Part shown: positions 31,014 through 46,810 of the stretch, piece by piece
Position numbering within the stretch: the stretch's first letter is position 1
Layout of the letters: the number at the start of each line of letters is the position of its first letter
Assembly: GCF_009914755.1 (NCBI RefSeq)
Contig: NC_060947.1
DNA: 64,000 nt
Origin: the human T2T-CHM13v2.0 reference genome, Homo sapiens
Direction: 5' to 3' (one strand)
Translations under genes and position numbers: made by a program
The notes under the pieces: generated by a model
What the model saw: the letters and a program-made list of their open reading frames with translations, nothing else
Told to the model about the DNA's origin: nothing
Database searches by the model: none

Positions 31014-32014
31014 TGGAACCCTTGTACACTGTTGGTGGAAATGTAAATTAATATGGCCACTATGAAGAATAGTTTGGGGGTTCCTCAAGAAACTTAAAAA
31101 TGAGCTACCATATGATCTAGCAATCCCACTTCTGGATATTACCCCAAAGAATGGAAATTAGTATATCAAAGAGATATCCTCACACCTATGTTTGTTGTGT
31201 TTGGAAGAGATAAAATTTGGAAGCAACCTAAGTGTCCATCACCAGATGAATGGGTAAAGAAAATGTGGAACATATACATAATGGAGTACTATTCAGCTAT
31301 ATTTAAAAAATGAGGTCTGGTTATTTGCAACAACATGGATGGAATTGGAGATTATTATGTTGAGTGAAATAAGCCAGGCACAGAAAGACAAATCAATCAA
31401 AATCAAATCAATTTAACTCATGTACATAGTGAGTAGATGGATGGCTACCAGAGGCTGGTAAGGGTAGTGGGGGGTTAGGGGCGAGGTGGGATTGGTTTAT
31501 GGGCACAAAAAGAATACAAAGAATGAATAAGATGTACTATTTGATATCACAAAAGGGTGACTATAATCATTAATATTTTAATTGTGTATTTTAAAATAAC
31601 TTTAAAAATTCTCAGGGGAACCAGTCCCCAATATTTCAACATAGGTTCTTTTCTACGTACATTCTCTGCTTACGAAGATAATGGGATTAAGAGATTAAAG
31701 TAAAGACAGACATAAGAAATTATAAGAGTATTATTAGGGAAGTGATAAATGTCCATGAAATCTTCACAATTTATGTTCTTCTGCCGCAGCTCCAGCCCAT
31801 CCCTCCATTCGGGGTCCCTGACTTTCCGCAACAAAAAATGAAATTGGATTGTTTATAATTCAAAGGACAAATGCTTGTGGGGATGGATATACCATTATCT
31901 ATGATGTGCTTATTTCACATTGCATGCGTGTATCAAAACAACTCATGTACCTTATAAATATACATGTATTATGTACCCCAAAAAATTATTTTAATTTTTT
32001 TAACAAATAAAAAA
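31014..32014 (+). mobile_element. L1MA (MA1-4-like) 3' end
   Basis: Sense ORF2 end and L1MA 3'UTR (AAATGCTTGTGGGGATGGATATACC), A-rich tail at ~32005. Confidence 0.8.
31610..31833 (-). mobile_element. MER11 (HML-8) solo LTR, internally deleted
   Basis: Both ends are present (GGGGAACCAGTCCCCAATATTTCAACATAGG and GGGGTCCCTGACTTTCCGCAACA). 6-bp TSD AAAAAT at 31604-31609 and 31834-31839. Confidence 0.85.
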
Positions 32015-34282
32015 GCCTCTGATGCATTCTTCAGTCTGCCAATTAAATTGTTCAGATCTAGAATTTCTGCTTGATTCTTTTAATTATTTCCATCTCTTTT
32101 TTAAACTTATCTGATAGAATTCTGAATTCTTTTACTATGTTATCTTCAATTTCTTTGGGTTTCCTCAATACAGCTATTTTGAATTCTCTGTCTGAAAGGT
32201 CACATATCTCTGTTTCTCCAGGATTAGCCCCTGGTGCCTTATTTATATCATTTTGTGAGGTCATGTTTTCCTGGATGGTGTTGGTGCTTTAGTGTCTGGG
32301 CATTAAAAAGTTAGATATTTATTGTAGTCTTCACTGTCTAAGCCTTGTTTATAACTGTCCTTATTGTAAAGGCTTTCCAGATATTTGAAAATACTTAGGT
32401 GTTGTGATCCAAGCTGTAACTGCTTTAGGGTGAGTAATGCTGTAGTTCTTGCAGATTTGTAGAGGTACCACCTTTGTGGTCTCGAACAAGATCAGAGAGA
32501 ATTATATGGACTACCAGGCAGAGACTCATGTTCTTTGCCTTATTTTATCCCACAGAGTCTCTCTCTTTTCTGGACCCCTGAAAGCTGGGGTCCACAAGCA
32601 CCTCTGTGGCCACCATCACTATGACTGTGCTGGGTCAGACCTGAAGAAAGCACAGTGCTGAGTCTTGCCCAAGGTCTGCTGTAACCACTCCCTGGCTACT
32701 GCTTATGTTTCCAAGGCCCTGAGGATCTACAAGCAACAAGTGGCAACACCAGCCAGGTCTGTTTCTTTCACTTCGTGGCAGCAGGTTCTCTCAGACCCCA
32801 TTCAGTCCAGAGGTACCATCCAGTAGTAAGCCACTAGAGTCAAACAACTTAGAAAGCTACCTGGTGTTCTATTGTACTGCAGCTGAGGTGGCAAAGACAC
32901 CACAGGATGCGGTTTTTCCTTCTCTTCCCTCCCCTTTTCAAAAGCAGAGGAGCCTCACCACATAGCCACTGCCATCTGAGTCCATGAATACTACTGCTAG
33001 ACTACCATTGATGTTCCCTTAAGGCTCATGGCCTCTTATTTCAGCTTGTGGTGAATGCTGCCTGGCCTGGGACTCACTCTTTAGGGCAATGGTATCCCCT
33101 CAAGCCCAGGGTAGGTGCAGAAATAATGTCAAAGAGTCAAGTCCTGGAATCAGGTACTGCAAGTACCCACTTGGTGCTCTTCCCCCCTGTGGCTGTGTTG
33201 GTACCTAAGATGCAAGATAAATTCCACTTCACTTTTCCATCTGTTTTTCTCAAGCAGGAGTTTTGCCCCATAACCACCACAGCTGCTAATGTGCTGAGTC
33301 TCATCTGAAGCGAGTACATCTCAAAGACTCATGCAAGCCCATCGATGTAGTACCTGGGTGTCGCTGTTTGTTATTTAGGGCCCAAGGGCTCTGCAGTTAG
33401 CAAGTGACGAATGATGCCAGGACTGGGCAACTTTCCTTCAAAGCAGCAGGTCCCCTTATGGCCCAGTGTGTGTCTAGAAATGTCACCAGAAAGGTAGAGC
33501 CTGGAAAAGGGATCTTATGATTCTGAATAGTACCTTATCCTATTGTGGCTGAGCTGGTATCCAGGATGGAAGACATAGTCTTCCCTCCTCTTCCCTCTTC
33601 TCTGCTTAGGCTGAAGGAAGGGGCCTCTTTTGGAACCATGAGCTGTGCAGTCTGGGTTTAGGAGAGGGGTAATGCCAGTACTCCCTTAGTTGTCCCAGCT
33701 AGTGTCTCGGTAGGTCTCATGCTTCCTCCAGGCCACTCTCTCTGGGCCCAGTTCACTGTTGGGAGTCACCTAAGACTTGAAATCCTTATGGCCTACAATG
33801 CCTTTCAAGTTTACTTAGAGACCGAGAGCACTTCAGCCTTTGGTGGCAAGGTTTGCAGGAACTCAAGTTCCGATCACTTGGATTAGGGTTCCCCTCTGGC
33901 TAAGGCTGGTTTAAATGCTCTCTCTGTGGGCAGATATCAGCTGAGTTTGTCCTGGTTTTTCTTTCTGCTCTGACAGGACAGCACTGAGTTCATTACCTCA
34001 AAAATTGCTGTGCTCTCTTTTCCCCAGCACCCAGAGACTCTCTGCACCATGCCACCTCTGCAGGGGGTGGGGAAGTGGTGGCGATTGCAATTCAAGACTG
34101 TTTTTTGTACCTCTTTAGTGCATCTTTCAGTGATATGAAGTTAACACCCGGTACTATGAGTGCTTACCTGATTTTTGGTTCTTATGAAGGTGTTTTTCTG
34201 TGTAGATAGTTTTTAAACTGATGCCCTTGCAGAGGAAACCATCTTTAGAGCCTTCTATTCCACCATCTTGCTCCACCTCCTC
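32015..34282 (-). mobile_element. L1M1-type 5'UTR and ORF1 N-terminus
   Basis: ORF1 remnant MTSQND...DLSDREFKIAVLRK (32058-32264). 5' end GAGGAGGTGGAGCAAGATGG on the minus strand near 34282. Confidence 0.8.
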
Positions 34283-35646
34283 TTCTTCTCTTTTTATTTT
34301 AGCTAGTCTAACTAAATATTTGTCAATTTCATTCATATGGTCAAACGCCAGCTCTTCGTTGCATCAATTTTTATATTGTTTTCTTATCCTCTATTTCATT
34401 TGTTTCCTCTCTAATCTTTATTATTTCCTTCAATCTGCCATCGTTGAGCTTAATTTGTGGTTCTTTTCTAGCTCTTTGAAGTGTACTATTAGGTTGCTTA
34501 TTTGAGAACACTTTTATTTTTTAATGTAGTCATTTATTAATATAACTTCACTCTTAGTAATGCTTTTGTTGTACCCCACACATGCTGGTATGGCACATTT
34601 TAATTTTTATTTGTATTGAGAAATTTTCTGATTTTCCTTTTGCTTTCCTCTTTGACCTGATAGTTGTTCAAGAGTATGTTGCTTAATTTCCATGTATTTG
34701 AGTCTTTTCTTGATTTCCTTTTGTTATCAATTTCTTCTCTTCTTCCATTGTGGTTAGAAAAGATACATGGAATGATTTCAGTTTTCTTAAATTTGTTAAG
34801 ACTTCTTTTGTAACCTAGCATGTTACCTATTGCAGAGAATACTTTATGTGCATGTGAAAAGAATGAAAATTCTACTCCTGTTGGATGGAATGTTTTATAA
34901 ATGTCTTTTAGATCCACTTGGTCTATAGTGTTGTTTAAGTCTTCTGTTTCCTAATTAATTTCCTTTGTGAATGGTTATCCATTATTAAAAGTTGAACATT
35001 GAAGCCTCCTACTGTTATTGTATTATACCCTTTTATTCCCTTGAGATCTGTCAATGTTTGCTTTATGTATGTAGGTGCTTTGATCTGGGGTTCATATATA
35101 TTTACGATTTTGTATCTTACCATTGTATTGACCTTTTATCATTATGTGATGACTTTGCCTATTGTAACGGTTTTTTATATAAATTGTTTTACTTGATACA
35201 AATATATCACCTCTGCTCTTATTTGGTTACTATCTTCATGAAATGTCTTTCCATTCTTTCACTTTCAACCTATGTGTGTCCTTGAGTCTAAGGTGAGTCT
35301 CTTGTATACAGCACATAATTTGGTATTGTTTTTATCCATCCAGCCACTCGATATGTTTTGACTGGTTTAATACATTCACATTTAATAAAATTATCAATAG
35401 ATAAGGACTTATTATTGCCATATTCTTAATCATTTTCTGGCTATTTTGTAGTTTTCTCATTCCTCCCTATTCTCTTGCTGTCTTTCTCTGAAGTCTATGA
35501 TTTTTTATGGTGATATGGTTAATATTTTTCTATTTATCTTTTATTTATCTACTATAAGTTTTAATTGTGCTTACCATGAGACTTGCATTGAAATTATTAT
35601 TTTTATAACCATTCATTATAAGCCGATAACCATTTCAATCAAGTTA

Positions 35647-36357
<711 letters not shown>

Positions 36358-38289
36358 AATTTGTTTTTATATTGTGTGCTCATTAACAAGTTTTTGTGGT
36401 TGTAATTTTCTAAGTACTTTAAGAAATACTTTTATACCAGGGTTAAAAGTGATTTCTCTGTCGCCATTACAGTTTGTTTAAACATTTCTTTTCATCAGTG
36501 AGATTTGTAGTTTCATATGCTTTTGTGTTGTTTAGCATTTACTCAACTGAGCTTCATGGTAAGGCGGGGCTGCTGGCTAAGCTCTCTGGTAGGATGAGGC
36601 TGTTTTCTGGGGTCTGTGGTTGGGATAGGATGCTGGCTAAACTCCTGGGTTGGGAAGGCCTCTGGGTAGGCTTTCTGGTTGGCTAGAGCTGCTGGTTGGG
36701 CTCCACAGTCAGGCACTGCCAGCTATAAGGACTCCAAAGTTGGGACAGGTTAATGGTGAGGGCTCTGTTTGGGCAACATAGCTGTCAGGGGGTGCAGAGC
36801 TACCACTGGAATCTGTGTGCTGGTCACTGAGAGCTCCATCTCTTTTCTTTGTTCTTAGCTGTCCCCAATGGTCTAGCAGTGCCAATTTCCCCTGTGTTCT
36901 GCCTGAAGCAAAACAAAACTCGATCTCTTACACTTAAGCACCCCAAATTGTTGAAGTGAAACATCTACCTTTATCTCTCTTTCCCGCACTGGAGAACTCA
37001 TGGGTCACAGGGGTCCTTCTCCCCATGGTGCTATACCAGCTTAAGGGAGAAGCAATGTGAACAAAGTGAAACCGTTTATTTTAACCCTTTTAATGAAGTT
37101 TTCTCATTTTGTTGTGCTTTATTAGGACGCTGCAGCCTCACCTCTGTGCTTAAGAATTTACACAAAGGCATTTTCACCTGTGAATATTTGCTAAATTGAT
37201 GTTTCTGTGAAGGGACAAGGACTGAGGACTTCTTTTCCACTATCTTGCTGACATCACTCCTCTACTAATCTTATTTCTTGTTTTCCCTAACTCATTCCAC
37301 AACCTAGCTTATATTACTCATTTCTCTATGAACACAATTTATTTGGTTTTGTGAATTTGCATATATAACACATTCTGCCTAACACCTCTGTTTTTAATAT
37401 TTCTCAAAATTGGATGAAACATTCATGTAATTTACCCATACAAAACCTTACCTCATGGATCTGTTTCATTTTGATTAATTTCTTAACCTGAATCTTCAAA
37501 GAAACTTTATTCTAAATTTCTATATTAATTTAAAATAATTATAATCTTTTCTACAGACAGTGTCTCCTAAATTATTTTGTGATTGTGGTGTCTGATTTGA
37601 AGGCTGGGACCATGTATTTCTACTGGGATACGTGGAATATGTAAGTAGAGTTTCTTAAGTGTTAACTAGAAATATTTTGAATGATGTCAGTTGCAGAAAA
37701 TATTCATAAAATCAATTGTCTGTTAATTAGGTTTAGTCATAAAAATAGAACTCTCAAGAGAATTATATTATTAGCTGAAATGATGATTGCATTATGGAAC
37801 TGAAGTTAGTGAGTTGACTGAGAATGTTTCCAAGGCCAAAATTTGCATGGTTTGTAGGTTGTCTCACTGCTGTCAGTGAGCTGCGGTGTATATATGGGTA
37901 TTTAAGATGCCACACACATAGGGCAGGGTCACCATTTAATACAAAGTAGCTCAAAGATAAATCAACTATTATATGCTAAGTAGTTACCACCACGTTTAAG
38001 GAACTTTATACCCTGTGTCATGTAGGAAATAAATCATATCAATGTCACTTTCGACTTACGTGAAATTATGAGAAATATATATTTGAACAGGAAACCAGCA
38101 ATGAAAGAGATAACAAATGTTCTAAGTAGAACCTTAACTAATTCGCATCTTTGAAAATCGGATAAAATCTATGAACTATCCTATAATAAGAATGTAAACA
38201 TTTTAGAGGATCCAAGAACCTTCTGAAACCCATGCATAAACCCTGTAGGTATTAAGAATTTCTGATATAAGAAGAAGGAATACTCATTA

Positions 38290-38530
38290 AATATGGAGCA
38301 TGTAAGATCTGAGATAAGCATTAAAAGATAAGTAGGATTTGAATAATCAGAGGAAAAGTGGTGATTATTCAAATCATAGAGAATGATGTGAACAAAGGAA
38401 AAGAGGGAATAATAAGCAATGTTTTGTTCAACAATTTGGCTGAAATAGATGGTCTCGTTTGGAAAATTGTAAGCAATATGGGTGGCTAACTAAAGCTAGA
38501 GTATAGATGGCCTTATATATCAGAAAGTGA
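38290..38530 (-). mobile_element. L2 fragment
   Basis: Degenerate purine-rich text typical of antisense L2. Confidence 0.4.
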
Positions 38531-39399
38531 AATGACCAAAGAAGTCTTCACCTCTATCCATACAGAACTTGCCCAAGGACTTTCCCCATCAATTTTACGA
38601 GTACTACTTCGTCCCTAATTTTTCACTATCATGTCAAATATGTACCTAATGCCATAAACTTTAGGAACTAGAGAAGAACAATTCCAATTAGGTTCAGTTT
38701 TCTTATCTATTACAAAAAAGTTTATGGCCCACATTTTCAGCTTAAATTAAGTTTAGCTCCTGAAGATCAGGACCTGAAGCATTAGGCTTCTTCCTATGAT
38801 GTGTTACAAAAGATATGTGAAATGATACGCCCATTCACAGGGATGACTCTCAGAAGCAAAGCAAATTGCCCACAGTTTATACTCATATCAGAATTTATCT
38901 TTTGATTTACAATGTTTTGGGTTGATAATAGTCACATTTTATTGTGTATGCAAATGAACAGGTTGTTCTCTGAGAGAAATGATAGCTATAAATATGCTGA
39001 ATCACTATAATATCCAAAAATTATAGTAATATCTGTTACATGATGTCAAATAATTATAATAGCAATAAATTACTGTGTTAACGGAGAGGAGAGGTTGGAG
39101 GGGAAACTTAGCTAATCTAGGAAATCACTTTGATTTTGTTTTGGAATACAGTCAGACATGAAGGCATGTGGGATTAAGCATTTTCCCAGATTGTCTCATT
39201 TCACCCCAGCCCCAAACACATGTGATAGAAGTGAGATGATTTGAGGACTTAGATGACATAGTTTTTTGAGCTATTTCCACTGCTTTTTCAACAATAGCCT
39301 TCCTCCTTTGATTCTCTCACTGCCACCCCAGCCTCAGGCTTTCAAAGCCCTCATGCAGCATCAAGACCACACTGCAGCACCCCTTTTTTCAAGACCTCT

Positions 39400-39900
39400 A
39401 TCTCTGCAACAGACCTTGCAACTCTATCTGCCTCCTGGCTAGCATTTGTATATCTTATAGACACCCCAAACGTAACTTATTTCTTCACCAAACTCTTTCT
39501 TCCCCATGACCCAATCTTGGTTGGCGAAAGCAGCAAGTTAAACAAGACAGAATTCTGTAAGGTTAGAAATCTTGTTCCTCATATCTCATATAAATTAAAA
39601 GTCTTAATGATGCTAATGTGTCAGATATTTTTGCTTACCTTTCTATTTATGCCACCACTACCTTAGTTCAGGCCCATGTCACCTTAAAATGGAGAAGTGT
39701 TTTCCTGCTATCTTTATCAAGTAAAACCCTTCTTGTATCTCAAGGCTCAGTTCAAATGCTCAATTTTCCAAAAAATATTACTCTATTTCTATTTTTTATT
39801 AATAGTCATTCCTTTGTAAGACTTTACAAATCATACATATCACATTCTGTCTTGTATTCTACTTGGACTGCATCTCTATATTTAAATTACACTATATTAT
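39400..39900 (+). mobile_element. L2 fragment
   Basis: GCCACCACTACCTTAGTTCAGGCC and CTCAAGGCTCAGTTCAAATG resemble the L2 3' region. Confidence 0.5.
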
Positions 39901-40059
39901 AGGATCCACAAGGGAGACAAGGACCAGCTTCTAAACACATTTTTGGTGAAATTCATTACATTTTACTTGTGTCACATATATAATTTTATAATCTCGTGCT
40001 GTAGTAATTTGTATATGTGATCTGTCCACAGTCATTTTTTAAAAGAACAATTTTGCTAA

Positions 40060-40300
40060 GATGAGGTTGAAAGGAGATAATGAATCTCATGCTAAGAAAT
40101 ATAGATTGTATGACAAAGGCAATGGAAAATCATGACAAATTTTGAAGAAAGACAGTGGCATGATTTACATGTGTTTTAGAAAGATAGATCTGATGGCAGG
40201 ACGAAAGATGCAATAAAGTAGTAAACTTTGAAAACCAGGGATTAGTCGGGAGACTCATATAGTAGTCTAGTCTGGGGATTCAGGATAAATAGAGAAAAGA
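40060..40300 (-). mobile_element. L2 fragment
   Basis: AGGCAATGGAAAATCA...GTGGCATGAT...TGTGTTTTAGAAAGAT is a typical antisense L2 block. Confidence 0.55.
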
Positions 40301-42238
40301 GAACAGGATGCTACAGTTTTTCAAACTTTGGGGGGAATGATAACATGCTAAAGAAAATAGAGTTATTCAATTTAGATTAAATTTGTTTACGTGTGTTTGT
40401 GCTATGAAAACATACATTTAATTTAGATTAGTTGATCATAGTTATATTTAGTAAGGATCATCAGATGTATGAAGGCTACATTCATGCCATATTGCCACTG
40501 GGCTATAAAAACAAATAAATGAAGCTAAACTCTAACATGAGGGCTTACGTTAAATTATTCTCTATTATTATTATTGAATTCTAGATTAATTTTGTCAGCC
40601 TGTAAGTTCTTTAAAGAATGCTGGTGTATTATTTAAAGTTAAATTTCTCCTAAATTTTGTAGTTTAGATTCAAGCACAGCTTTCTTTGTTAAAATATATG
40701 TATCTGTTTGGAAATTTTAGTAATTTGGAAGGCTGTCTGCACGTGCATATGCACACACTGACATGCACACACATCCTCTCAAACATCTGTTACTGATGGC
40801 TCTCATTCTATCATTATTTTTCTTTCAATATTCATCCTCTGTCCACATGCAAATACCATTGAGAGTAATAAAGCGAGCTGAGGACAGGTTAATACAGGAA
40901 GCAGTGAAGGAAACGTAGAGTCCGAGTATAGTGTATAGGAAGAATGGGAAGATTTAATTTGAGAGTATATGCGTAACATAGAACAACATGAGAGGAAGGG
41001 ACCCCATATAAATTGATCTTCAAAAGGCAAAGTTCGAGAAGGCATCAAAAATAAGAATTACTTGTGTCAAAACTCTCACTCAAACTAAATTTGGTTAGAA
41101 CTTCATCTACCTGAAAAGACTGTAATGACCAAAGATCATATGCATATTTGCTACTAACAGAAAAAAAATAAGTCTCCTTCCCTTCTCTGGGGGCTAAGAC
41201 AAATATTCTGCCACCAAATAGGAAAGAAAGACTCGCATATCAAGAGCATAAACAAGACTTACCATTATTTATGATATAATTTATATTTATTTGTTGTCAA
41301 TTAAGACCTTATAAATTCTGTAATGAAAAAAATGAGACTTCGGCTACTTATCGGCAGTGAATTTTATAAGCAAGCTCTTTGGGCAGACATGCACGACTAC
41401 AATTATGGTAGGGTATTCTTTTAGTTAAGACCCTAATAATTCTGGATCTAATTTCCACTGAGAAAATGCACATCACTTTATAGTCAACAATTGAGCTCTA
41501 CTTAGTGCTACAAAATAATTTTTTTAAAAACTATTTTCAAACTATATTTGAGAAATTATTTACTTTCTGGGGGGTGAATTACAACTTGTAATAATGGTAG
41601 AAGTGAAAAGAGCAAACTTCATTGGTGCCAATTCTGTGTATTTCAGAACTAGCATAGAGGAAAAATTAAAATATAAAAAAGTTTACTATCTTATCAAACT
41701 ATTGAATAGAATTCATTTGTAATGTACTCAGACTATACAAGAAGAAATATGACTCCTATATATTAGGAACTATGTGATCAAAGAATAGTCTTGAAACATT
41801 TTACATCAATTCCAACCAGTAAAATATTTTAAACATAGAGCCACAATATGTGTATATATTTCTTTAATACAACTGTGAAAAATACCTATTTAAACATTTA
41901 AGAATTACATAAAATGATATAATTATTTTGAATATGTTCATAGTTTTGATGATTCCATACATTTATTAATAAATATGTCAAGGTGTAATATCCACTTAAG
42001 GTAAAGTTTATTGTTAGTGATCATTGATATAAATTCATACTTCAAATTATCTTTATAATTTAGAATTTTTGGCTGAATTCCTGTTATATCTGATTGGATA
42101 ATCATTTTTTCCTTAGCTGTCTAATGTGAATTAGCAAGAACATTTTCTGCTCCATTCTTCTATTATTTGTTTGCCTTTGCATTATTAGTATCATTTTCAA
42201 TCTGCTGTTTTTTTACATAATACACACACACAAGTACA

Positions 42239-42888
42239 CAGTCAGTTCTCATTATTTGCAGTAGTTAGGTTCTAAAAGTCACTATGAGCACTGAATTTGC
42301 AAATGCTAAAGCATAGCTCCTAGGTGAACCTCCTAGGGGGTAGGTTCCAGCAAGCCTCTGGTCATAATATTTTCATCAACTATTCAATACACAATCCTTA
42401 TATAGGTATGTTTCTGTTTAAACGTACCTTATTTAATATCTATTGTTGATTTATTAACATTAAATCCATGGCCAACAGCACAATAACTCATGCCTGAAGT
42501 AAGCTTATCTAACACATGCATTTTTCTGTAAGGGACACCACAGTCTTCTTGTGCTTAGCAAAACTAGACAGTACTTCTGCACTATGCTTGGAGGCCATTT
42601 TAAACAGCAAAATACTAATAAAAAGCACAAAAGTGCAATAGATTTGACAATAAACAAACTGTAAAAAGGCAATCAATTACAGTATGAAAACCAAGACAAC
42701 AGTGCAGATCATAGCCTTGTTTGACCTCAGCTGGAGATATCGGCTGCCATCAGGAGACTCAATTTTTTTTCCTGCTCTGTGTATGTTTGCAAATGACCTT
42801 AAAAGCACTGTGAATATTAGTTTTGGTGTTACAAATACATTATAGCCAGTAGGTAAATATGAAATTCCCTAATGATGGGTATCAACTG
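42239..42888. mobile_element. Tigger13a-like non-autonomous TcMar DNA transposon
   Basis: Degenerate TIRs CAGTCAGTTCTCATTATT and AATGATGGGTATCAACTG. Interior matches the remembered Tigger13a text. Confidence 0.75.
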
Positions 42889-44274
42889 TGCATACACACA
42901 CACATATATAAACACACATATATATGTACACACACATAATGAGTATATACCTACACAAACACTAAGGTACAGTGATGTATATACTACATTTTATATTTTA
43001 CATGTTGCTGAACAGGTTTTCACCACAAAGGCATTGGGATGCTGTAATATTGTTACAGAGACACCAGAAGTTAAAGTGCCTAGATAATGTTAATTATCTG
43101 ACCTTACTTGTATGAAATGCAGAAAGTTAAAACAACATTTTCTGGGATAAAATAAATCTGTTTTGTCAAAATAAAAATAAATCTGTTTCTCTATTGACTG
43201 TTTAGGTTTATTTTGTATTCGTGTTTACCATTTCTATTAATTTAATGAAATTATCTTTTGTAATATACAACATTACTTGACTTAGTGAATTAGCATGTTT
43301 GGAAAGGTCACTGGAATCCAAGAATCTTGCTGTAAATAAATGAATTTTACTGTCCTACACATCCAAGCATTCCATCTTTACATAGCCTTTATGCCACTCA
43401 GAATCAATTTTCATTTGCAGTGTTAAATGTAGAGGTGAAAATTGTGTGTTACTACAGTCTCTGGGAGGAAGAAGAAGGCAAGACATGCTGGATGGGAAGG
43501 TGGAAACATGCAGTTTTCCTTAAGTTGTAATAATTTTGGAAAAAGCAGCCTGTTTGAGGGAGAATTTGGAACAGACAGACAATGACACATATGAAGACAA
43601 GTTGACTCAAGCTTGAGAGACTGTAGTTGAAATTCATCAAGATAGGAAAGGATAGCTCAAAGTGCTGAGGTGGAGAGCAAATAGGTTGACTTGTGGTGAA
43701 AGCAGATGCAATTGAGTACCCAGTTCAGATCATAATTTTAAAGTGACAATTTCTCAAGCAGTAAAAGAGCCCACAAAGGCTGGAAATGTTTGATATTTAG
43801 GTCATTCTCATGGCTGAATTCTGATTTTGGGATAGTTTTCGAAAAAGCATTTTAATATTGTGCTTATGAAAACGTTGGTTTTGAGGGGAGAAAAGGCTTT
43901 TTTGAATCTTTTAGGTTTAGCAAATTTATTACCATGAACTGCAAGTGAATTGTGCCACAATTAAATTCATCTTAATCAAGTTTAACTGAAACTATACTTT
44001 CTAGTTGATGTTTGAAAATAAAAATAGATATACAAAGATTACTAATTACTTAGATTAGTGAGGGGTTTAAAATTTGGTATCTGGTAACCAGAAGGTAATG
44101 TATATGTGCGTGTGTGTGTGGGGGGGGGTGTGTGTGTATTTCTTATTACAATTTATCATTTTAGAAGTTTAAATATATGGTTCATTGTATTAATTAATCA
44201 ATCCATTTTCCCGTGTGAAGACTCCTGACGTTTCATATTTCTTATTCAGTCTTACCGAATTTGATTTTGAAGAC

Positions 44275-45005
<731 letters not shown>

Positions 45006-45482
45006 TCATGCAACTTTCTCAGTAACATTTCATTTTTACTCTCTATCAATACACTATGCTCTCTGGGTCTTCCTAACTCAAGATAAAAGATATTGTTCAT
45101 TACCTTTCCACTAACACTAGATAATAGATATTTGCAGAAAGAGAAATGTTTCAAATTTGGAATGAAAGAGTAACCTTGGGCATGAATCTTTTATTTTTTT
45201 TTGAAGTGTCTGGCATACCCTTCATTTAAGATGTCTATGACTGAAATAACTTTCAAATTGTCTGTGATTGCATTTCTTTTGTTCTCTGAAGCTTGCAAAC
45301 TGATACTACACATTTAGTCAAATGATCCATTTCCTATATGCAATTTTTCAGAATATTGAGGGCAATGTTGTAAACAGGTGCCACATTTTCATGGGATTTG
45401 CCTTATTTGAAATGATTCTTATCATTTTTGTTGTTATTGTATCATTTGTGTTTCTTTTCTCCCCCCTGCCCCTGCACCCCCT

Positions 45483-45759
45483 GACAGAGTGGAGTCTCGC
45501 TCTGTCACCCAGGCTGGAGTGCAGTCGTGCCATCTCTGCTCACCTCTGCCTCCCAGGTTCAAGGGGTTCTCCTGCCTCAGCCTCCTGAGTAGCTGGGATT
45601 ACAGGCACCCGCCACCATGCCCAGCTAATTTTTGTATTTTTAATAGAGACAGGGTTTCACCGTGTTGGCCAGGTTGGGCTGGAACTCCTGACCTTGTGAT
45701 CTGCCTGCCTCGGCCTCCCAAAGTGCTGGGATTACAGGTGTGAGGCACCACGCCTGGCC
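45483..45759 (-). mobile_element. AluS
   Basis: Antisense dimer. The tail position holds a C-rich tract rather than poly(T). Confidence 0.9.
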
Positions 45760-46754
45760 TATGTTTCTTTTCTAAAAGGTCATGTACTATAAAATGCACC
45801 TATTTAAAGTGTATGATTTAAAGGTTTTTAGTATATTCTGAGATATATAGAATCATCTCCTCTGGAGATAGTCAATATATGTGGAGCTCACTCTGCATAC
45901 GCTTAGTAGATAGCATACAATGTTAAAGATCCAACAGTGTTGCTCTAGAATACGAGCACATATAAAAAGTCTGTTTTTGCTAACTCTCTCTTATTTTCTA
46001 TATATTTTCTGTCTTCATGATATAGAAAGCTGTTTCTTCCTACCATAGCCAGTTTTTCCAGGGATAGTGTTCTATTCTCTGCATTCTTTATCATCTTAAT
46101 TCTGTAAGCTTTTTTAACACCTTACTTTTACTCCCTCTGTAGCATCTGCCAGACTGCTGGATTGTCAGATTGAACTTTTGTTTTAAGGTCTTTTAACTTC
46201 TTGGTTTGCTTTATACATGTTGCCAAATAAAACTTTCCATTAGGCTTTCTTTTGTTTCATATGTTAGTGACTCATATAGTGAAGAAAAATTACCAGCTCA
46301 ATTTACATTGGGTAATCAAGAGCTGTCTGATCGTAGAAATTTACATCATAGTTAACTTGAATGTGATTCGTACCAGTGACCTAGAGAAGCAACAGGCTCA
46401 GGAACCCACCACCAAGTCTCTGAGCTATATATTTACCTATATACTAGCAATGGTTGCAGAATTGTTTCAGATAATTCTACACTTATTTCTGAGCAACCTA
46501 TTATTTACTATCAAGTCAGTGATTCTAACATTTTGGGGGTTGTCATATCTTTAATTCCCCAGTGTTCTCTGCCTCCTCCTAAGACTTGGTAGACGATATA
46601 TATGTTATTTTTAGGTGAAAAGAAATGTAAATTCACTTTATTTTGAGAACTTCAAGATATTCCTTGAGAAAAATCAGAAGAAATCTAGGATTGATTCAAA
46701 TAAAATTGTGTGTGTCTGGGGGTGGGGTGGGGAGAGGGAATACAGTTTGAAATA

Positions 46755-46810
46755 GTTTTTGCAATTGAAAGTAATGGCAAAAACTGCAATTACTTCTGCA
46801 CTAACCTAAT
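46755..46810. mobile_element. MADE1 (Hsmar1-derived MITE), left arm truncated
   Basis: GTTTTTGCAATTGAAAGTAATGGCAAAAACTGCAATTACTTCTGCACTAACCTAATA. Confidence 0.85.

Noticed and set aside
40803-41048. 81-aa ORF in non-repeat DNA
   Set aside because: No recognisable homology or convincing splice signals, and its length is within chance.
46755-46810. MADE1 as a miR-548-type hairpin
   Set aside because: The left arm is truncated, so the full palindrome is not present.
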